Assembly (NCBI GenBank): GCA_021831685.1
Contig: JAKBMG010000199.1
Span: 2,100 to 66,099, forward strand
Origin: Bacteroidota bacterium
Lineage (GTDB): Bacteria > Bacteroidota > Ignavibacteria > Ignavibacteriales > Ignavibacteriaceae
DNA length: 64,000 nucleotides
Reading direction: 5' to 3'
Part shown: piece by piece, positions 20,441-29,163 of the stretch
How positions within the stretch are numbered: the first letter of the stretch is position 1
How the letters are laid out: the number at the start of each line of letters is the position of its first letter
Notes under the pieces: model-generated
The model's database searches: none
What the model saw: the letters and a program-made list of their open reading frames with translations, nothing else
Told to the model about the DNA's origin: nothing
Made by a program: the position numbers and the translations under genes

Positions 20441-20581
20441 TTAAAGATGAAATACCGCAACAGTTAAATAATTGGCTAATGCAGCAATTAAGAATAAACC
20501 GCCAACTATTATCAAGATCCAAACCAATACTTTAATCCAAGTGGAAGCAAGAAAACTTCGGAAGTTGTATATCTTAATCAT
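20441..20581 (-). CDS. small hydrophobic protein (46 aa), hypothetical
   Basis: My own translation is MIKIYNFRSFLASTWIKVLVWILIIVGGLFLIAALANYLTVAVFHL*, with one clear TM helix. The start lies 14 nt after the TPR gene stop and a strong terminator follows. It is below the ORF-track size cut-off. Confidence 0.4.
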   Translation of the reverse strand: MIKIYNFRSFLASTWIKVLVWILIIVGGLFLIAALANYLTVAVFHL

Positions 20582-20594
20582 CTAACTCCTTTAT

Positions 20595-21980
20595 TTATAA
20601 ACTAAGAAGCTTCAAGCCTTTTTTTGCGTCAGCATTAGTTGGGTCAATAGAAAGAACTGCACGATATTCCTTTGCAGCCTCAGCTTTGTTTCCGCTAAAA
20701 GCATAAGCCTGCGCAAGCCATAAATGATATTGTGCGCTATTTGGGGTATAGCTTAAAGCTGTTTTTAAACTTTCTATTGCATCCTTATATTTTTTCTTTA
20801 CAAGATTGGTATAACCAAAAAATCCATTAGCTTCCGCAACTTCGCTTTTGAATTTGTCTTCATTGCCGGAAGTAATTTTTAAAATCTTTGTGTAAACATC
20901 GGCAGCAGCAGCATCGTTCCGCATATATTGGTCCGTTCTTGCCAGCCAAGTTAAAGCAGGCATGTAATCACTTTTAATGTTAATGGCTTGTTCTAATGCA
21001 GTCTTTGCGCTATCATAATTTTGCATTTGGAGATAGCAAAGAGATTTATTTACATAAGAACTTACCGAGGTTGAATCTGATTTTATTCTACGATCATAAT
21101 AAACAATTGCTTGTTCATATTTCCCGGTGCTCAAATACATATTTGCTATTTCTTGATTTAATTCCGTAAGTGAAGAATCTTTTGCCAAAGCTTTGGTGAA
21201 ATAAATGATTGCAACCGAATCTTGATTGGCATGTTGCAACTCACTTCCAACAGTAGAAAAATCGGTAGCAGAAAATAGTGAATCAGGAACAACGGCAAAA
21301 ACCTTCAAAGCCTCCGAAAAGTTTTTGTTATAAGCTAAAGATAAGGCTTCAATTCTTTCCAACTTTACATCGTTTGGAAATGCATTTAATCCTTTTTGGG
21401 TAATTTCAATAGCCTGGGAAAAATTTTGCATTAGAAACAAAGATCTTGCTGCAAAAAAGTAGGCGTCATATTTCTTATTATCGAAGGTAAGATATTTTTC
21501 AAGATAAAATGAAGCATTAGGATATTGCTTTGCATAATAAAGCAATGTTCCCAGGTTGTAATAAGCTTGCGAATAGGTTGAATCAAGAGATATTACCTGA
21601 AGATATTTATTTGCAGCATCAGTATAACTTTTTTGTTTTTCAAATGCCTTGGCTAATTTAAATTTTATTATAGTGCTAAGTGAATCAAGCTTTTCCGCTT
21701 TTTGATAATCACTTATCGAAAGCTCTAAAACTCCCATTTTATTATAAGCATCGCCTAATGCTTCATAAACTTTAGGATTATTTTGATCGTTGGTAGATAA
21801 GTCAACCAAGATTTTTATTGCTATATCAGTCGAGTCATGATTAAGATAATCTTGAGCTATCGTTAAGGCTTTGCTATATTCCTTATTCCTAATAAATTTT
21901 GATGCCTCATCATATTTTTGCTGCGCAAAGGTAATGCTTGTTATGACTACAAAAAGTGTAACGAAGGTTATTGCTTTCAT
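20595..21980 (-). CDS. secreted tetratricopeptide-repeat protein
   Basis: Signal peptide plus many canonical TPR units (YYNLGTLLYYAKQYPNASFYLEKYL, AQAYAFSGNKAEAAKEYRAVLSIDP). This is the last large gene of the exbB-exbD-exbD-tonB-SBP-TPR arrangement common in the FCB group. Confidence 0.7.
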   Translation of the reverse strand: MKAITFVTLFVVITSITFAQQKYDEASKFIRNKEYSKALTIAQDYLNHDSTDIAIKILVDLSTNDQNNPKVYEALGDAYNKMGVLELSISDYQKAEKLDSLSTIIKFKLAKAFEKQKSYTDAANKYLQVISLDSTYSQAYYNLGTLLYYAKQYPNASFYLEKYLTFDNKKYDAYFFAARSLFLMQNFSQAIEITQKGLNAFPNDVKLERIEALSLAYNKNFSEALKVFAVVPDSLFSATDFSTVGSELQHANQDSVAIIYFTKALAKDSSLTELNQEIANMYLSTGKYEQAIVYYDRRIKSDSTSVSSYVNKSLCYLQMQNYDSAKTALEQAINIKSDYMPALTWLARTDQYMRNDAAAADVYTKILKITSGNEDKFKSEVAEANGFFGYTNLVKKKYKDAIESLKTALSYTPNSAQYHLWLAQAYAFSGNKAEAAKEYRAVLSIDPTNADAKKGLKLLSL

Positions 21981-21993
21981 CTTTTAATCCATG

Positions 21994-22860
21994 TTATTGA
22001 TTTTGATTAATTTTTACAGGAACAGCTGCGGGAGCCAAATTCTGACCGAGAGCAATTTTCTGCCCAATATAACTTGTCAAAAATGTAGTAAAGCCTGACG
22101 CAACACTTCTTCCCTTTTCATTTAAATAGATAAAAATGGTTTCCTTGAATGGATAATAATCTTTGTATACTAATCCAGGATGGGGTTCATAATAATTATC
22201 ATCCAATTTGTTTTGATTAAACTCTCCAACTTTGAGAAATTTTATTTTTGAAGAATCCTGGACAGTATTAAAACTTAGCAATCCGATTTTATCAGAACTA
22301 TTTTTTACAACCGCAAACACTGCGCTGTCGCTTGGGACTACTTCAACATTTTTAGGAATTTTTCCTTTTAAAATCTTTTCTGAAATATATTGATAGGTCC
22401 CTGTATTGGTTTGTGGTATTACAACTCTAATGTTGCTTGATTCTCCAGACAATATACTTTGTATTTCATCTATTCTTATATTCTGGATGCTACTATTCTT
22501 AGGTGCTATAACGGCAATTGCGTTATAACAAAACTTAAAAATATTCAGTCCAATTTTATTTTTGTTAACAAAATCCTGCTGTTTTTCGTTTAAGCCCATT
22601 GTGCTAACAAACATTTTATAATTGCCGTTTAATACTCCTGCTATTCCATCATAGGGGGTAACTTTTTTCAAATCAATCTTAGAGGTCTTATAAAGCGAAT
22701 CAAAAACAACACTCTCTTGGTTAACAATAGGAAAAACAGCTTCATCAACAGCGGCAAGTAGGTAGCCTTTAGTCGGCGTTACTTTTGGTTCTTGGCAGCC
22801 GGCAAAAAATATGATAGTAAATAAAAATACTAAGACAATAGATAAGAGATTAACTTTCAT
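21994..22860 (-). CDS. PstS-like periplasmic substrate-binding domain lipoprotein
   Basis: The internal Met gives a lipoprotein signal (MKVNLLSIVLVFLFTIIFFAGC). The body resembles PBP-like type 2 phosphate-binding-fold proteins found in Ton clusters. The ORF track extends to 22893. Confidence 0.6.
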   Translation of the reverse strand: MKVNLLSIVLVFLFTIIFFAGCQEPKVTPTKGYLLAAVDEAVFPIVNQESVVFDSLYKTSKIDLKKVTPYDGIAGVLNGNYKMFVSTMGLNEKQQDFVNKNKIGLNIFKFCYNAIAVIAPKNSSIQNIRIDEIQSILSGESSNIRVVIPQTNTGTYQYISEKILKGKIPKNVEVVPSDSAVFAVVKNSSDKIGLLSFNTVQDSSKIKFLKVGEFNQNKLDDNYYEPHPGLVYKDYYPFKETIFIYLNEKGRSVASGFTTFLTSYIGQKIALGQNLAPAAVPVKINQNQ

Positions 22861-23047
22861 TTCTGTTGTTATTCTTGAAATATGTAATGACAATTCTAAA
22901 CGTACCGTAAAGGATAAAGACTACACCCAAAATAATTCGGAATTTTAACGGAAAACTTATTGGAATGAAATATCCTGCAAGAAAAGCCGCGCCAAGAATT
23001 ATAAAAATTGTCGCCATTAAATATGCAAGATACTTCATCCAAAACAT
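22850..23047 (-). CDS. small two-TM membrane protein (65 aa), hypothetical
   Basis: Two hydrophobic helices (YLMATIFIILGAAFLAGYFI, IILGVVFILYGTFRIVITYF). It is wedged between tonB and the SBP gene with short overlaps, which suggests coupling. Confidence 0.4.
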   Translation of the reverse strand: MFWMKYLAYLMATIFIILGAAFLAGYFIPISFPLKFRIILGVVFILYGTFRIVITYFKNNNRNES

Positions 23048-23058
23048 TTCTAACCCGG

Positions 23059-23799
23059 TTATTGATTAAGCTTGAACCTAAAAGGTACTACAACCCAAAC
23101 CATTACAGGTGCTTTATGCTGAATTGCCGGAGTGAAAACAAATTTCATAGCGGCATTAACAGCTGGTTGATTAAATACTTCCGAGTCACTCTTAATAACA
23201 ACGGCTTTTATAGGTTTGCCTTCTTTATTAACAAGGATTTTTACGAATACAGTTCCTTCGATGCCGGCTCTTTTTGCGAGATCTGGGTACTCAGGTTGTG
23301 CCGAAACTACAACTTCCGGTTGTTTTTCGACAGGCACGAACTCATTCATTCCCGGTACATCACTCGATGGAGCATCGACTTTTAAATCCTTTGTGATTTG
23401 TACATTACCGCCACCCGCGCCTTCTCCCACTGGAGAAGAAACCTGACTCATTTGCTGTTGCGTGGCTATTGTCTGCTCTTTAGGTGCTTCTGCATCCGGG
23501 ACAGGGACAGGTGTACCAACAGTAGGTTTAGCAGCCGGTGCAGAAACCGCAAGTTGCTGTTGTGTTTGATTATTAAGAGATGGAGGAGGTCCGAGATCAC
23601 TGTATTTTAATATTCTAACCGTATCGATATTACTTTCATCATCTTTGGAAATTGATTGGATGAAAATGTATGTGCCAATTAGAAAAACGTGAATAAGTAC
23701 AGCGATTGTAAACCCGATGCTGAAATTTTTCGGATATAACTTCTTTAATTCGAAGGCACCGTATTCCGTCTTGTCTATGGCAATTGTGTTATTATTCAT
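23059..23799 (-). CDS. tonB: energy transducer TonB
   Basis: N-terminal TM anchor, Pro-rich linker (PAAKPTVGTPVPVPDAEAPKEQ) and a C-terminal TonB domain (PEYPDLAKRAGIEGTVFVKILVNKEGKP...FTPA). Confidence 0.85.
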   Translation of the reverse strand: MNNNTIAIDKTEYGAFELKKLYPKNFSIGFTIAVLIHVFLIGTYIFIQSISKDDESNIDTVRILKYSDLGPPPSLNNQTQQQLAVSAPAAKPTVGTPVPVPDAEAPKEQTIATQQQMSQVSSPVGEGAGGGNVQITKDLKVDAPSSDVPGMNEFVPVEKQPEVVVSAQPEYPDLAKRAGIEGTVFVKILVNKEGKPIKAVVIKSDSEVFNQPAVNAAMKFVFTPAIQHKAPVMVWVVVPFRFKLNQ

Positions 23800-23813
23800 T
23801 TTTTACCTCGTTT

Positions 23814-24314
23814 TTAAGATGCCTTTAATAATGCTTTTGTATCTGTATCAGTCATAGGTGCAATTGAAAAACGCTGCAAGTTAGCCAGATTTAGTTGGTC
23901 AATTAAGTCAACCATCATGTGATACTTGCTTTTTCTATCGAACTTTAACAGAATAACAAGTTTAGGATTTCCTTTTGCTTCCTTATCGAAAAAGGTTTTC
24001 AATCCGCTGAAGTCGATAGATTGAGGCTTGTCTGTAGCTGCTGCATAATAAACTTTATTGTTAGCATCTACATAAACTGTCAATAAGTTTGACTGCGCGA
24101 TTTCTATTTTTGTCTTAGCGTCCGGAGGTAAGTTTATCTCCAGAGTCTGTTGTTTAAGTAAGACGGTAGTAAGCATGAAGAACGTCAATAAGAGAAAAGC
24201 AACGTCAACCATTGGTGTCATATCTACCCTAACACCGGCTCTTTTTTTCTTGCCTTTCTTAGTGTGACCTTTTGACTTTCCTTCTCTTCCACCGCCAGCG
24301 TCAACTCCACTCAT
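23814..24314 (-). CDS. exbD: biopolymer transport protein ExbD/TolR
   Basis: DMTPMVDVAFLLLTFFMLTT motif and the size typical of the ExbD family. Confidence 0.85.
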   Translation of the reverse strand: MSGVDAGGGREGKSKGHTKKGKKKRAGVRVDMTPMVDVAFLLLTFFMLTTVLLKQQTLEINLPPDAKTKIEIAQSNLLTVYVDANNKVYYAAATDKPQSIDFSGLKTFFDKEAKGNPKLVILLKFDRKSKYHMMVDLIDQLNLANLQRFSIAPMTDTDTKALLKAS

Positions 24315-24337
24315 TTTTAATTTCCTCTATAATTAAA

Positions 24338-24808
24338 TTATTTCTTATCTACAATTGAATTTGTGATCATGGCAAATCTTGTAATGTTTGTCTTTTGTAA
24401 AGTGCCCATTACATCTTCAATAGTTCCATAATCTGCATCTATATCACCTTTTATAACAGTTCTAAGTCTAGGGTCGCTTATACGGGCTTGAACAAGAAGG
24501 TCTGCAAGATTTTCAACTTTTACCTGAACCATCCTCTTAAGTTTGGCTTCTTGACCAAATAATCTTGCCATCAATGCTGGAGCATCGACGCCCATATAAA
24601 TATTCCCGGCTTTGTCAACATATATGGTCATAACATCTGCATCGGGAAGTTTAAAAGCGGAATGCGATGATGGCACTTCAATTTTAACCTGTTGGGCAGG
24701 TGAAAACTGCGTAGTAAGCATGAAGAACGTTAACAATAGAAATGCAACGTCAACCATAGGAGTCATATCAATTTTTACAGCTATACGTCCTTTTTTAATT
24801 TTTGGCAT
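24338..24808 (-). CDS. exbD: biopolymer transport protein ExbD/TolR
   Basis: IDMTPMVDVAFLLLTFFMLTT motif. It is a paralog of the downstream exbD. Confidence 0.85.
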   Translation of the reverse strand: MPKIKKGRIAVKIDMTPMVDVAFLLLTFFMLTTQFSPAQQVKIEVPSSHSAFKLPDADVMTIYVDKAGNIYMGVDAPALMARLFGQEAKLKRMVQVKVENLADLLVQARISDPRLRTVIKGDIDADYGTIEDVMGTLQKTNITRFAMITNSIVDKK

Positions 24809-24820
24809 AGTTAAGCCTCT

Positions 24821-25597
24821 TTATTTCGATTTTAGAATTTGAATAACATTATAGCTTGCTTCATCAACCATATAAGTAAAATTATCTACTTTATTAACAA
24901 AGAAGTTATATGCAACAATTCCAAGGATCGCAGTTATAAGCCCACCGGCTGTATTAATTAGTGCTTCTGAAATACCCGTTGCAAGTTGAATAGCATCCGG
25001 AGTACCGGCATGTGCCATTGCAGCAAAAGCTCTAATCATACCGATAACTGTTCCCAAAAGACCAACCATTGTTGCAATTGAAGCTATTGTTGAAAGTGTA
25101 ATAAGATTTTTTTCTAATAGTGGGGTTTCAAGCATAGATGCTTCTTCAACGGCTCTTTGAACTTCGACTAATTGTTTTTCAGCATCAACTGATTTGCCTT
25201 TGCCGGTAAGCTCTTTATATCTTAAAAGAGAGGCTTTAATAACATTTGCTACAGAACCTCTTTGTTTATCACAGCTTTCAATAGCTGCATCGTAGTCTCC
25301 ACTTTCTAATTGAGCAATAACATCTTTAAAAAAGTTAGGTACTGCTCTTTTTCCACCAGCTTTTTTTAATGTAAGTATTCTTTCAAAAATAATTGCAACA
25401 TCCATAAGTGAAAGCATAATTAATAAAACGACGAGTGGACCGCCGGTATAAATTGTGCCTAATAAGTTACCGCCTGAGTTCGTACGTCCAACGCCGTCAA
25501 CAAAGTTGGCAGGATTTCCGAATACAAAATTATAAATTGCTAAAGCAATTAAGAATGCAGCAATAGTTAGGACAGTGATAAAAACAGATTGTTTCAT
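24821..25597 (-). CDS. exbB: MotA/TolQ/ExbB proton channel protein
   Basis: Three TM segments and the conserved C-terminal channel region (TVGLLGTVIGMIRAF...ALINTAGGL). Confidence 0.88.
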   Translation of the reverse strand: MKQSVFITVLTIAAFLIALAIYNFVFGNPANFVDGVGRTNSGGNLLGTIYTGGPLVVLLIMLSLMDVAIIFERILTLKKAGGKRAVPNFFKDVIAQLESGDYDAAIESCDKQRGSVANVIKASLLRYKELTGKGKSVDAEKQLVEVQRAVEEASMLETPLLEKNLITLSTIASIATMVGLLGTVIGMIRAFAAMAHAGTPDAIQLATGISEALINTAGGLITAILGIVAYNFFVNKVDNFTYMVDEASYNVIQILKSK

Positions 25598-25655
25598 GGG
25601 TGATAGTTCTCCATAATTTGTTTAATGTATGTTAATTATTTAACTATTATTGTTT

Positions 25656-25671
25656 CACAAAAGTTATGCCG
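25656..25671 (-). promoter_or_regulatory. candidate sigma-54 (-24/-12) promoter for the exbB operon
   Basis: The minus strand reads cGGCATaactTTTGTg against the consensus TGGCAC-N5-TTGCW. GG and TTG are spaced correctly, but -12 is GT rather than GC. It lies about 60-75 nt upstream of the exbB ATG, with a GGAG Shine-Dalgarno motif further downstream. Confidence 0.35.
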
Positions 25672-25828
25672 AGATGTTTGCTCATTTATCAAAGAAATTT
25701 CCTTTGAATTGTGCCTATTTTAACGCAGTTAACATTTTGTGTGTAATCAACTTGGTGAAAATATATTAATTTTTTTTCAAAAAGAAATGATTTTTTTTAA
25801 CTCTTTATTTTTGACTTCGTTATAGTTC

Positions 25829-25872
25829 TTTCAAATTGAAATGGATTTCATTCAATTACTTTCAATTTGAAA
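25829..25872. promoter_or_regulatory. twin 13-bp palindromes, candidate enhancer (UAS) sites
   Basis: TTTCAAATTGAAA (25829-25841) and TTTCAATTTGAAA (25860-25872), with centres 31 bp apart. They sit directly after the sigma-54 activator gene and about 165-200 bp upstream of the -24/-12-like motif. Confidence 0.35.
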
Positions 25873-25884
25873 TAGAATATTGAT

Positions 25885-27213
25885 TCAAATTTTATATTCT
25901 TTTCTTTTCCTCCAAAGAGTTGTAAGCGAGATTCCGAGAATTCTTGCCGCGTCTTTGGGATTGTTAAATTTCTTCAACATTTCAATTATATAATTTTTTT
26001 CTACTTCGGCTAGGCTGGGGATAAGTAAGCCAAATTCTTTATTATTGCCATGAAAAATTTCAGAGGGTAGGTTTTCCACTTTAATTACTCTATCCTTTGC
26101 CAAAACTATTGAACGATTAATAACGTTCTCAAGCTCTCTTATATTGCCAGGCCATGAATATTCGTTTAATAATTTCATTACATCTGCAGACATTGAAATC
26201 TCGCTATCGGGAGAATACTTTTTCAGAAAGTGCTCTACTAACAACGGAATATCCTCTTTCCTTTCTCTTAAAGGCGGTAATTTTATTCTAATTCCACTTA
26301 ACCGGTAATAAAAATCTTCCCTTAAATCGCCGCTTTTTATATCATCATCTATATTTCTGTTAGTTGCGCTTATAATTCTAACATTTACTTTTCTTGTAAT
26401 GCTTTCACCGACTCTTTCAAACTCCATACTTTGGAGAAACCGCAAAAGCTTAACTTGCATTGCCTTAGGAACTTCGCCTACTTCGTCTAGGAAAACGCTT
26501 CCTTGATCTGCCATTTCAAATCTGCCGATTCTATCTTTGGAAGCTCCGGTATACGATCCTTTAATATGTCCGAATACTTCGCTTTCGAAAAGATTCTCAG
26601 GCATTGCTGCACAATTTATTGTAATAAAAGCGTTTGCTTCTCTTTTGCTGTTTTGATGAATAAATCTTGCAAGAATCTCTTTTCCTGTGCCGCTTTCACC
26701 TTCAATTAAAACTGGGATATCACTATCGGAAATATCTTTGCTTAATTTTAAAATTTCGCGCATCTGATAATTATTGGAAATGATTTCGCCGGTTCCAATA
26801 GATTCTTCTATCTGCGCTCTTAAACCTTGTACTTCTTTTAAGAGCATGTGATGTTCAAAAACTTTTTCGGAAAGATGAACAAATTCTTTGTGCGTGAAAG
26901 GTTTTGTTATATAATCGTACGCTCCCCCTTTGATTGCTTCGACGGCTGTTTCAATTGATCCGTGAGCGGTCATTAAAACAACTGTTGTGTCTGGTGAAAT
27001 GGTTTTTAATTGCGAAAGAACCTGTAGCCCGTCAATCGGTTCCATTTTCAAATCTATAAAAGCAATATCAAAATAAATTTCCTGCGCTCTTTTTAATGCT
27101 TCTACCGGACTGCTGAAAATTTCGGGTAAAAAATTTTGCGAGCTTAAAGATAATTCTATCACCTTTAAAATATTTATCTCATCGTCAACAACTAAAACTT
27201 TGCTTCTATTCAT
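25885..27213 (-). CDS. sigma-54-dependent response regulator (NtrC/AtoC family)
   Basis: Receiver domain (VLVVDDE...DIAFIDLKM), AAA+ domain (GESGTGKE, GAFTGA-like GSYTGA, ESEVFGH) and a C-terminal Fis-type HTH. Confidence 0.9.
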   Translation of the reverse strand: MNRSKVLVVDDEINILKVIELSLSSQNFLPEIFSSPVEALKRAQEIYFDIAFIDLKMEPIDGLQVLSQLKTISPDTTVVLMTAHGSIETAVEAIKGGAYDYITKPFTHKEFVHLSEKVFEHHMLLKEVQGLRAQIEESIGTGEIISNNYQMREILKLSKDISDSDIPVLIEGESGTGKEILARFIHQNSKREANAFITINCAAMPENLFESEVFGHIKGSYTGASKDRIGRFEMADQGSVFLDEVGEVPKAMQVKLLRFLQSMEFERVGESITRKVNVRIISATNRNIDDDIKSGDLREDFYYRLSGIRIKLPPLRERKEDIPLLVEHFLKKYSPDSEISMSADVMKLLNEYSWPGNIRELENVINRSIVLAKDRVIKVENLPSEIFHGNNKEFGLLIPSLAEVEKNYIIEMLKKFNNPKDAARILGISLTTLWRKRKEYKI

Positions 27214-29059
27214 TCCTTTGAACCGGTAAAATTATTTCAAACTTACTGCCCACGCCGGGCTCACTGTAAACATTTATCGAGCCTTTGTGAAGCTCGATTA
27301 TTTCCTTTGCAATCGTTAATCCTAAGCCAACACTGCCGGGACGGCTTCCGCTTACCTGAACAAACTTATCAAAAATTTTATCAATATATTCCGGGCTTAT
27401 TCCGGTACCTGTATCAGAAATCGTAATTATAACGTTACCATTTTTAGCCGAAGCATTTACATTTATATCGCCGCCCTTATCTGTAAACTTTATTGAGTTG
27501 CCGATAAAATTTCCGATTGCTCTTATTAAATAATCATAGTCTGCTAAAATTGGCGGCAGCATTTCATCCGTAGAATAGTTAAGCGAAATTTTCTTTTCTT
27601 TACATTGAAGTGAAAATGATTTGATGCATTCTTCAATTAAAGGATTTACCTTAAGCGCTTCAAAATTAAGCTGGATTCCTCCGGATTCAATGCGAGACAA
27701 TTCTAAAATCTCCTTTACCAAACGATTAAGCCGGTCGTAATCCTCCTTCATGGAAAAAATAAGTTCCTTTTGCTTTATGGAAAGTTCCCCTACAACACCG
27801 TCTTCAAGAATTCCTATCGCCATTCCCATAGAAGTTAAAGGTGTTTTAAGCTCGTGAGAAACCTTTGCAACAAATTCCGACTTCAGTCTATCAAGCTCTT
27901 CATATTTTGTGATATCGCTAAAGACAATCAAAGCAGCGTTTATATCACTCTCCGGTAGTATAATCGAAGAATATCTTATTTTATAAAATCTTACTCTTCC
28001 ATTCGTATCAATAATTCTTAAAACATTTTCATCTTCATCTGAATTTATTGATGAGGCGGAAGTTACATATTTCTTTATATCCTTATAAATTTTTTCGTCT
28101 TTAATAACTTCATTTAAAAATACTTTTTCGGATTTCAAATTTCCAAAATCTTCTTTGAAAGCTTTATTTGCTAGGAGGATTTCCATACTGCTGTTAACCA
28201 TTAATACCGGATCGTTAATGCTTTCGATAATAACATCTGATTTTCTTTTTTCATAAAGAATTTTATTGATGTTCAGCTCTTCATATTTCTTTAGTTTGCC
28301 GACCATGCTGTTGAACTCATCGGCTAAAATTCCAATCTCATCCGAATCATCTGTCTGAATTTCCTGATCAAAATTACCGGCGGCAACGTATTTTACGGAT
28401 CTAGTAAGGTCACTTACAGGCTTAACAATAAAATTGGAAAACTTTGTGCTAAATACCAGGCTAATCACTGTTCCAAGTATTGCTAGAAACAACATTGTAA
28501 AAGCTGCAATCCTAGTAATTGATTGAACTCTTTCATCTGCACGGCTAATAAAATTGTGGTTGGTCTCAAAAATATGGTAGCATTTCGACTTGATGTTTGA
28601 AATTAAATTTATCGCTTGGACGTATTGATTTTTTTCTGATGGATTGGAATAAATGAAAGAATTGTTTACAACAGAACTTATTTCAGAAAGAAAAACCCTG
28701 TATTGATCGTTTAAGCTGTCCAAAAAAGTAATTTGATCCGGAGTATTAGCTGCTTCTCTTGCTTTTTCGAACCAGAAAAAAAAATCCTGTTTGGCAAATT
28801 GAAAAAGCTTTTCACCGCGGGCGGGATTTTCCTTATCTATAATCATAAACAAGGCGTTTGTCTGATCGTCTAAAGACCTCACCATATTATCAGCAGCAAC
28901 TATGCTGGAATAATTTTGAACGATAATTGATCTAAACGATTCGTTAAGCCTGTTAAAATTATACAGACTCCAGAACATAACACCGATCATGATTAAAATA
29001 ACGACGATATAGCCGGTGAGAATTTTCGCCTTTAAGGTTGTAAAAAGAGTTCTAAACAT
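27206..29059 (-). CDS. sensor histidine kinase (two TM, HAMP, PAS-like, HisKA, HATPase_c)
   Basis: H-box FVAKVSHELKTPL, N-box NFIGNSIKFT, G-boxes DTGTGI and GLGLTIAKEI. It overlaps the regulator gene by 8 nt. Confidence 0.88.
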   Translation of the reverse strand: MFRTLFTTLKAKILTGYIVVILIMIGVMFWSLYNFNRLNESFRSIIVQNYSSIVAADNMVRSLDDQTNALFMIIDKENPARGEKLFQFAKQDFFFWFEKAREAANTPDQITFLDSLNDQYRVFLSEISSVVNNSFIYSNPSEKNQYVQAINLISNIKSKCYHIFETNHNFISRADERVQSITRIAAFTMLFLAILGTVISLVFSTKFSNFIVKPVSDLTRSVKYVAAGNFDQEIQTDDSDEIGILADEFNSMVGKLKKYEELNINKILYEKRKSDVIIESINDPVLMVNSSMEILLANKAFKEDFGNLKSEKVFLNEVIKDEKIYKDIKKYVTSASSINSDEDENVLRIIDTNGRVRFYKIRYSSIILPESDINAALIVFSDITKYEELDRLKSEFVAKVSHELKTPLTSMGMAIGILEDGVVGELSIKQKELIFSMKEDYDRLNRLVKEILELSRIESGGIQLNFEALKVNPLIEECIKSFSLQCKEKKISLNYSTDEMLPPILADYDYLIRAIGNFIGNSIKFTDKGGDINVNASAKNGNVIITISDTGTGISPEYIDKIFDKFVQVSGSRPGSVGLGLTIAKEIIELHKGSINVYSEPGVGSKFEIILPVQRNE

Positions 29060-29163
29060 TTTTATTTCAAATTATATCTGTAATAAATAATCAAAAGTTG
29101 AAATAAAAACAAAGCAGAAATAGTTATAATTTTTTAAAATTAAAGATTGGAAGAGATTTCTGA

